From the IMG/VR virus record IMGVR_UViG_3300015371_000028, positions 2,932 to 66,931 of that record: a stretch of 64,000 bases of DNA; one strand, given 5' to 3'. Origin of the DNA: a virus. This document shows positions 58,380 to 64,000 of this stretch, piece by piece. The notes under the pieces are model-generated. The model had not been told where the DNA came from. It saw only the letters and a program-made list of their open reading frames with translations, and searched no databases. Both the position numbers and the translations under genes were made by a program. The first letter of the stretch is position 1. Every line of letters starts with the position of its first letter.

Positions 58380-58799
58380 TTGACCAGACTGGGCTTTACC
58401 GGAACGCAGCACGGCATGACTCAGGACCAACGGGAGATGGCGCGCGAAATCGTCAAGATCATGGAGCCGACCGAGGTCCATCACGGGTGCTGTGAGGGTG
58501 CAGATCAGCAGATCGGCGTGATCGCGCGTGACATGCGGATTCGGGTGATCGCGCATCCGCCGCTGGATGAATCGAAGATGGCCTTCTGTCCCAGCGACGA
58601 GCAGCGACCACCGAAGGCGTACATGGCGCGCAATCAGGACATCGTGGATGAATGCGACGTGCTGATGGCGGCTCCGAAAGGGATGAAGGAAGAACTGCGC
58701 TCTGGAACGTGGGCAACCGTGCGGCGCGCACGCAAATCGGAGCGACGGATCGTGATCGTGTGGCCGGATGGGACGTGGAAAAGCGAAGGGCGGTGGTAA
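58380..58799 (+). CDS. SLOG-superfamily (DprA/YspA-like) protein
   Basis: GFTG, HHG..GAD, RNQDIVD and SGTWATV motifs; AAGGAGG RBS. Confidence 0.75.
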   Translation: MTRLGFTGTQHGMTQDQREMAREIVKIMEPTEVHHGCCEGADQQIGVIARDMRIRVIAHPPLDESKMAFCPSDEQRPPKAYMARNQDIVDECDVLMAAPKGMKEELRSGTWATVRRARKSERRIVIVWPDGTWKSEGRW

Positions 58800-59038
58800 G
58801 TGGACGAGTTTGATGTCGAGGCGGTCTTCACCTTTCAGGCGAAGTCCATCGACGATGCGATCCGCCAGGCGGAAGCCCTGGTCAGTTGGCTCGCAGAACA
58901 CGCGGACGCGCTGGAGGAGGCGACCATCGACCTGATCGGCGTGCTTCTGCCGAGCGACGAGGAACCAGGCGCAGATTGAAACGAGGCGCAGGTCACGACT
59001 GGGCGTAGGTTGCAACGAGGCGCAGAAGGAGACTGGGC

Positions 59039-59311
59039 GTGGATTCCGACTGGTTCTGGCGGGGTCTCTATCTCTTGACTATCGGGGTGCAAGTGTTTGC
59101 GCTGTATCACCAACGGCGAACCATCCGCGAACAGGGCACCGTGATTGACGATCTGCTCGATGACCTGCATACGGGCGGTGATCTGCTCTCGCGGCAACGC
59201 GACACGATAGTCATCCTCAGTGAGCAGTACGAACTCCTGGCTCATCACTGCCTCGGCCCATCGGATCAGCAGAACGCGCAGCGCAGCAAACCGAACATTT
59301 GTCCAAATTAG
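59039..59311 (+). CDS. Small membrane/coiled-coil protein
   Basis: AAGGAG RBS; N-terminal hydrophobic helix. Confidence 0.5.
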   Translation: MDSDWFWRGLYLLTIGVQVFALYHQRRTIREQGTVIDDLLDDLHTGGDLLSRQRDTIVILSEQYELLAHHCLGPSDQQNAQRSKPNICPN

Positions 59312-59321
59312 GAGGCACCCA

Positions 59322-59564
59322 ATGACGGTCCAACCAACGGGGAAAAGCGGCAAGATTGGCGAACTCGAAAACGCGGCAATCCCGGATCATGACGTTGCCT
59401 ACATCATGGCGCGGCTCGATGACATGCTGCGGCAAGCGCTGTTCTATGAGCCGGATGTGATCGTGCTCGAAATGGAGCGCCGCAACGGACGCTGGGACGT
59501 GCGGACGCTGGTGGACGCCGAAATTGCGGCGGTCAATCCGATCCGTCCCACCAAGAAAGGATGA
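59322..59564 (+). CDS. Hypothetical protein
   Basis: AGGAGG RBS. Confidence 0.55.
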   Translation: MTVQPTGKSGKIGELENAAIPDHDVAYIMARLDDMLRQALFYEPDVIVLEMERRNGRWDVRTLVDAEIAAVNPIRPTKKG

Positions 59565-60029
59565 CCTTGATGGCTCTTGGTTGACGCGCGCATGCGTTGG
59601 CCAACGGCCATATACCCCAGGCTTGTCGCGTTTGCTGTCTGGTCTGCACGGCACCGCGTCTGCCATACTTCGGGCACCGCGCGTTCGGCTTTGGCCAGCG
59701 GGCAGCGCGGCCCACCTCGGCGCGGCACGGCAGCAATGCTGATGCCGCGTCGTTGTGTGCTGCATCGGATCGGCCTGGCACGGCACCCATGCAAGGACAC
59801 GGTGCTGGCGGGGCGCGGCACGGCGCACCTTGATCCGCTGCCGCGCTCCCCGCGCCGAAACGACGGGGCCGTGCCACGCCGCGCCGATGATCGCACAGAC
59901 CGCCGTGCCCCGCCGATGGACGGACCCGTAAGACCGCCACGCCACGCCGGAGTAGTACACCGAGTCCGCCGTGCTGATGCAGATGCACGGACGCCCCGTA
60001 CGTGCGGCGATATTGCTCGCCGGGAACCC

Positions 60030-60058
60030 TTGCGCCAGTGATCTGGCAATGTTATAAT
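60030..60058 (+). promoter_or_regulatory. Sigma70-like promoter
   Basis: TTGCGC-17 nt-TATAAT with an extended -10 TG. Confidence 0.6.
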
Positions 60059-60149
60059 AAGCGCACGTACCGATTAAAGAGAGAACAGAAAGGGGGACCA
60101 ACCGGGGAAAGCTGGCAGACCGGGTTCACGTGAAGGGAGCGGCAGCAGG

Positions 60150-60887
60150 ATGCACAGAGATGATTGGGCATATATCCCGCAGTATCGAATCGCGGTCGAG
60201 GAAACCGGCACGCGCATCCTCGACATCATCGGTGACGGTGATTTCCTGCATGCTGGTGAGGATGAGAAGCCGGGACCGCTGGGATGGGAAGAGATTCATC
60301 TCGCATTTCCATTGCCGGATCGGATCGCGAAGTATTTCTCGGCAGACGTGCTGATGCGAGTCGCGGGCCAGCACATGTATGCCGATCAGTCAGGGGAGCA
60401 ATTCCTCTACATCAAACCGTGGTCCAGCGGGCATTCGGTTGCGGTCGATGTCCTCTCAGCATTGCTGTACTACAGCGACAAACTGCCGGGACCGAGCTAC
60501 TTCTTCGTCAATGCTGAGGACCGGGAACGGATGGAGCGTGGCACCATTGATGATGTGTCGCTCGATTACCGTGACCCGCAAACCAAGGCAGCGCTGCACG
60601 GTATCTACGATGCTGAGGAAGCGCAGTCCCGCATCTGGGCAGTGGACGCAGCAAAACTGCTGTGCGGACACCAACCGTTCAAAAACCTGGCAGACCTGAC
60701 CAGTGACGAGATGTCAAAGATCGACCACTGTGCGGCAGACCTGGTGACGCTGACGATGCCGTACGACGCACAAGCGACCGGCATCTGCACCTATCTCACG
60801 CGCTGCGCGCATGTCGGCCGACAGCGGGAATACGACGACTGGCAGATCGAGCGCGAACGCTTGTTCGCAGCACGACGCGCACGCTAG
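60150..60887 (+). CDS. Hypothetical protein
   Basis: 245 aa ORF downstream of the promoter. Confidence 0.6.
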   Translation: MHRDDWAYIPQYRIAVEETGTRILDIIGDGDFLHAGEDEKPGPLGWEEIHLAFPLPDRIAKYFSADVLMRVAGQHMYADQSGEQFLYIKPWSSGHSVAVDVLSALLYYSDKLPGPSYFFVNAEDRERMERGTIDDVSLDYRDPQTKAALHGIYDAEEAQSRIWAVDAAKLLCGHQPFKNLADLTSDEMSKIDHCAADLVTLTMPYDAQATGICTYLTRCAHVGRQREYDDWQIERERLFAARRAR

Positions 60888-60942
60888 CGGCATTCGCGGG
60901 GAGCAGGAATTCCTGCTCCCCTCAGCAAAAGGGGGCACAATC

Positions 60943-61644
60943 TTGGCAGAGCAAAAGCTGAAGCTCGACGAAATCTATGACAAGCTGGCAAAACTGAAAG
61001 CGCTGGAAGAGCGCGCAGGCACCCCGCATGAAGCGGAGCAAGCAGCAGCAGCCGCGACGCGCTTGATCGCGCGTTTCAATCTGGACGAAGCAGCGTTGCG
61101 GCAAAAGCTCGGCAAGAAAGCGCAACCGCTCTCGTTTGTCGAGCAGAAACTCGACGGCATCAAGTTCTCGTGGCAACGCAGTTTGCTCTACGTCTGCGCG
61201 ACGCATAACCAGTGCATGTCATTGTCGTTTGTCGGCACCAAAACCGCCTCGGTCTTCGGTCCCGCGACTGCGGTGCCGCTGGTGGTGACGCTCTATCGCT
61301 CGTTGGAAAAGACGGTCGAGCATCTGACCCGGCAGGGATTCCTGGCAGAGCGTCACATCTACACGACACCGAAGCTCTGGAAGACTTCTTACCGGCTGGG
61401 ATGCGTCTCCGGAATCAACCAAGCGCTGAAAGCCGCGTTCGAGGTCGCGGTCGAGCAGACCGAGAACGGCAGCGCGCTGGTGCTGGTGACGCAGGAACAA
61501 CTTCAGCAGGAATTTACGAACACGTTCGGCAAGACGCGGACGCTGGCAACACCAGATTTCGACCAAGCGGCCTACGCGTCCGGCTACCGGGATGGACGCA
61601 ATGTCAACGTCGCGAGTCGCGGCGACCTGGAAGGAGGCAACTAA
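60943..61644 (+). CDS. DUF2786-like protein
   Basis: KL.KL.AL..TPHEAEQA..A.RL..FNL N-terminus; SYRLG; AYASGYRDG. Confidence 0.7.
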   Translation: MAEQKLKLDEIYDKLAKLKALEERAGTPHEAEQAAAAATRLIARFNLDEAALRQKLGKKAQPLSFVEQKLDGIKFSWQRSLLYVCATHNQCMSLSFVGTKTASVFGPATAVPLVVTLYRSLEKTVEHLTRQGFLAERHIYTTPKLWKTSYRLGCVSGINQALKAAFEVAVEQTENGSALVLVTQEQLQQEFTNTFGKTRTLATPDFDQAAYASGYRDGRNVNVASRGDLEGGN

Positions 61645-62412
61645 ATGACCGCAGATAAGGCAGGGAACCTGTTCCGGCGCGTGGTCGCGAAGGAAATGCT
61701 GGAGGGCAAACATACCCAGCAGCACGATCCCCAGCGGTGGGGCTACATGCTGCGCACGGGCTTCGGGTCCAACGCGGCACCGTTGGAGTACACCCTGGTC
61801 GGCCTGATCGTGGACACGTACTTAGAAGTGGCGAACGATGAGCACTACTTCTGGAAGGTGGCGAATGCGACCGATCCGATCCCGGCAGACTGGTACTACA
61901 GCGTGACGCAGGATGCGCGCGCGGGGTACGGCCTCACGTTTACGGCCCCGAAGGAGGTGTACGACCTGTTCAATGACGGCAACCTGACGATTGGCGAAGT
62001 CGAAGCGTGGCAGAACCGTGGAGTCAGTTTCGAGGAAGCGGGCAGGAGGATTTGGAGTACGGTGAGCTACGGCTACTACTGCACGCGCTGCGAGAACCTG
62101 GGCAGCTTCGCTGATCCGATGGATGCAGCAGTCGGGTTCGATTCCGGCACTGATGCGTACTGCTTGTGTCCCATCGGCCAGGATGCGAAGGCAGAGCAAG
62201 AGGAACGCGACGAGCACGATGCGGCAATCGAGGACATCGACCGCTTCCTCACGGCAGACGATCTGGTCGCATCCCATCTCGCGGCGAACGATCCCGATGC
62301 ACTCGATGATGTCGTGATCAGCGAGGCAGTGATGGATGCCATCGACGCGGATTTTGCCAAGAAGTTCGATGCGGCACTGGAGAAGTTTCACGCAGAGAAG
62401 GAGGGCAAGTAA
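61645..62412 (+). CDS. Hypothetical protein (CxxC..CxC)
   Basis: AAGGAGG RBS. Confidence 0.6.
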   Translation: MTADKAGNLFRRVVAKEMLEGKHTQQHDPQRWGYMLRTGFGSNAAPLEYTLVGLIVDTYLEVANDEHYFWKVANATDPIPADWYYSVTQDARAGYGLTFTAPKEVYDLFNDGNLTIGEVEAWQNRGVSFEEAGRRIWSTVSYGYYCTRCENLGSFADPMDAAVGFDSGTDAYCLCPIGQDAKAEQEERDEHDAAIEDIDRFLTADDLVASHLAANDPDALDDVVISEAVMDAIDADFAKKFDAALEKFHAEKEGK

Positions 62413-62802
62413 ATGTCACGGTTCATCATGCTCCTCGCGGCACTCGTTATTGTCGTGACCTTCACCAGCATTGGTGAAGGTCATAGCTCGGCACATCAAA
62501 CCCGACCATGCCCGTATGCGATGGGCGAACCCTGTCCCGCGCATTACGGCCACGACTTCTGCAATTCCCTGGTCTATGACCTGGGCACGGCGGCTGATGT
62601 CTACGATGTGGATTTCGTGCTGCACTCCGCAGGCTGCGATCAAAACCCGGACGGCACCTGGTCCCCAATCCGGCACAACGCGTGTGAGCGGCGCGCATTT
62701 CATCTCGTGTTCCGACGCGGCTATTCGATCCTGCGCACCCGGCAGATGCTCCTCCATCGCGGCTGCATCCAATTCGAGGACGGCACCTATGGAACCAACT
62801 AA
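62413..62802 (+). CDS. Secreted Cys-rich hypothetical protein
   Basis: Signal peptide; internal repeat GCDQNPDGTW / GCIQFEDGTY. Confidence 0.6.
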   Translation: MSRFIMLLAALVIVVTFTSIGEGHSSAHQTRPCPYAMGEPCPAHYGHDFCNSLVYDLGTAADVYDVDFVLHSAGCDQNPDGTWSPIRHNACERRAFHLVFRRGYSILRTRQMLLHRGCIQFEDGTYGTN

Positions 62803-63133
62803 GCCTGTCGGAACCACCGGCTGTTTCTGGCTCCTCGGCATCGTCGTCCTCCTGACGCTCGGCCTGTACGTCCTGATCGGCGTCGGCACCAGTGACCCGC
62901 AGTCAACGGGCTACGATCCCCCGGCCACACGTGCGCCGTCTGATCAGACCCTCGACCGGGGGGACGGCACCGGACCCAGCGGGTACCCCACCTTCGACGA
63001 GGCATGCACGGAAATGGCCTCCGATTTCCTCCGGTTCGGCGTCTCGACCGAGGCGTCGATTGTCGCGGATATGCTGACGCAGAACTGCCTGTACACTGGC
63101 GGAAACCAGTACCGGTACATTGGCGATTCGTAG
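62789..63133 (+). CDS. Membrane-anchored hypothetical protein
   Basis: GCFWLLGIVVLLTLGLYVLIGV transmembrane helix. Confidence 0.6.
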   Translation: MEPTKPVGTTGCFWLLGIVVLLTLGLYVLIGVGTSDPQSTGYDPPATRAPSDQTLDRGDGTGPSGYPTFDEACTEMASDFLRFGVSTEASIVADMLTQNCLYTGGNQYRYIGDS

Positions 63134-64000
63134 GGAGGTTACGCGGAAGAGGGCACGGCGAGTGACCTGAACCAGAGGTACCACCCGGCAGGAGCGCTCC
63201 TGCCGGGTTCTCTTTGTGCATTTCGCACGCAGTTCACGGCTGGGCGCAGCACCCAGCGGGTACCCGAACAGATACCCCGGTTACGTTTCAGGCGCAGATT
63301 GCGGCGAGACGAAAACCAGGCGCAGTTTGCCCAGAGCATTTCAGGCGCAGACTCCAGCGGGTCAGGCGTGGACCGGCACGGCGTTCTGTTCTTGATACAG
63401 ATCATGGCAAGAATGCTATCGTACGTACACCGGCATTGACACGGGTGTGTATGCTGGGTGGCGTAGGGCGGGGGTGTGGGGAGGATCAGGCAAGGCTCCG
63501 ACACCGAGCCGCTGCAACAACCCAATACGGCGTTGACCAGCACGGCCTAGCGATACGGGTCGTGCGTGATTTTTGCCGCGCATTCTGCACTAGTGCAATC
63601 TCCACTCCCCGGACCGGCTCGGCCTGCGCTTTCGTCCGCTCTCGCGTGTTCCTCGGCAATCAGGGGTGCAGAACGACCGCGCTGCCAGCAACGCGCGTTC
63701 CCCTCCGGCTCGGCGGTTTCCGTTCGCCACACCGACGCGTTCCCCTCCGGCTGGGCTCGGCGTCCGCTCGCCACCCGCGACCGCAGCATGATGATGATCG
63801 CCGTGCCGTGCCAGAGATCTCTTACTTTGCCACATATATATACTTAGGCTTGCCAGCGGTGCTGACCTCGTGTGCGGGCGCGGCGCGGCTCGCCCCCGCG
63901 CGCGGGCCTGCTCCGCACGGGCGCGGCCTGGCACCCGCGCGCCAGCCCCGCGCGCCCGCCCCCGGTGCGCCGCGCCCTGCCCCCGCGCCCTGCCCCCGCC

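Larger units (their letters stand above)
1..64000. mobile_element. Tailed dsDNA phage (siphovirus-like), most or all of the genome
   Basis: Ordered terminase-portal-scaffold-capsid-neck-tail-tape measure-fibre-lysin module, plus a replication module; no host housekeeping genes seen. Confidence 0.95.

Noticed and set aside
1-64000. tRNA genes, integrase/att sites, DNA polymerase, alternative genetic code
   Set aside because: None recognised by eye; genes read intact in the standard code using all three stop codons. A tRNA scan was not run.

Overview
The window is most or all of a high-GC tailed-phage genome with siphovirus-like gene order. The host cannot be read from the sequence. From 1 to ~32100 (+ strand): a 5'-truncated DUF4338/DruA-like gene, terminase, portal, Com-like zinc fingers, scaffold, capsid, neck and tail genes (including a frameshifted tail-assembly chaperone), tape measure, carbohydrate-binding tail proteins, endolysin and a chain of tiny membrane/basic ORFs. 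From ~32200 to 40650 (- strand): accessory genes. From ~41000 to 63100 (+ strand): early and replication genes (SSAP, initiator with internal iterons, SNF2 helicase, LAGLIDADG, LexA-like, VRR-NUC, SLOG). No integrase or DNA polymerase was recognised. The standout is a stand-alone Cas7/RAMP-like gene (39119-39760, -) flanked by gap-free arrays of 5-nt GGY-NN units (65, 13 and 36 units), with a fourth 63-unit array 8 kb away. GGY always lies on the locally transcribed strand. Read as 'two bases, skip one', the NN dinucleotides of two arrays spell codon positions 1-2 of the neighbouring genes (LVGLCDFRPTF in the RAMP gene; ISELIHYHD..PDK.P in the upstream gene). Many of the mismatches fall at synonymous Leu/Arg/Ser codons. 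This suggests an RNA-guided system with a gapped code, aimed at homologous loci of rival phages while avoiding itself. All calls come from manual motif reading; no searches were run.
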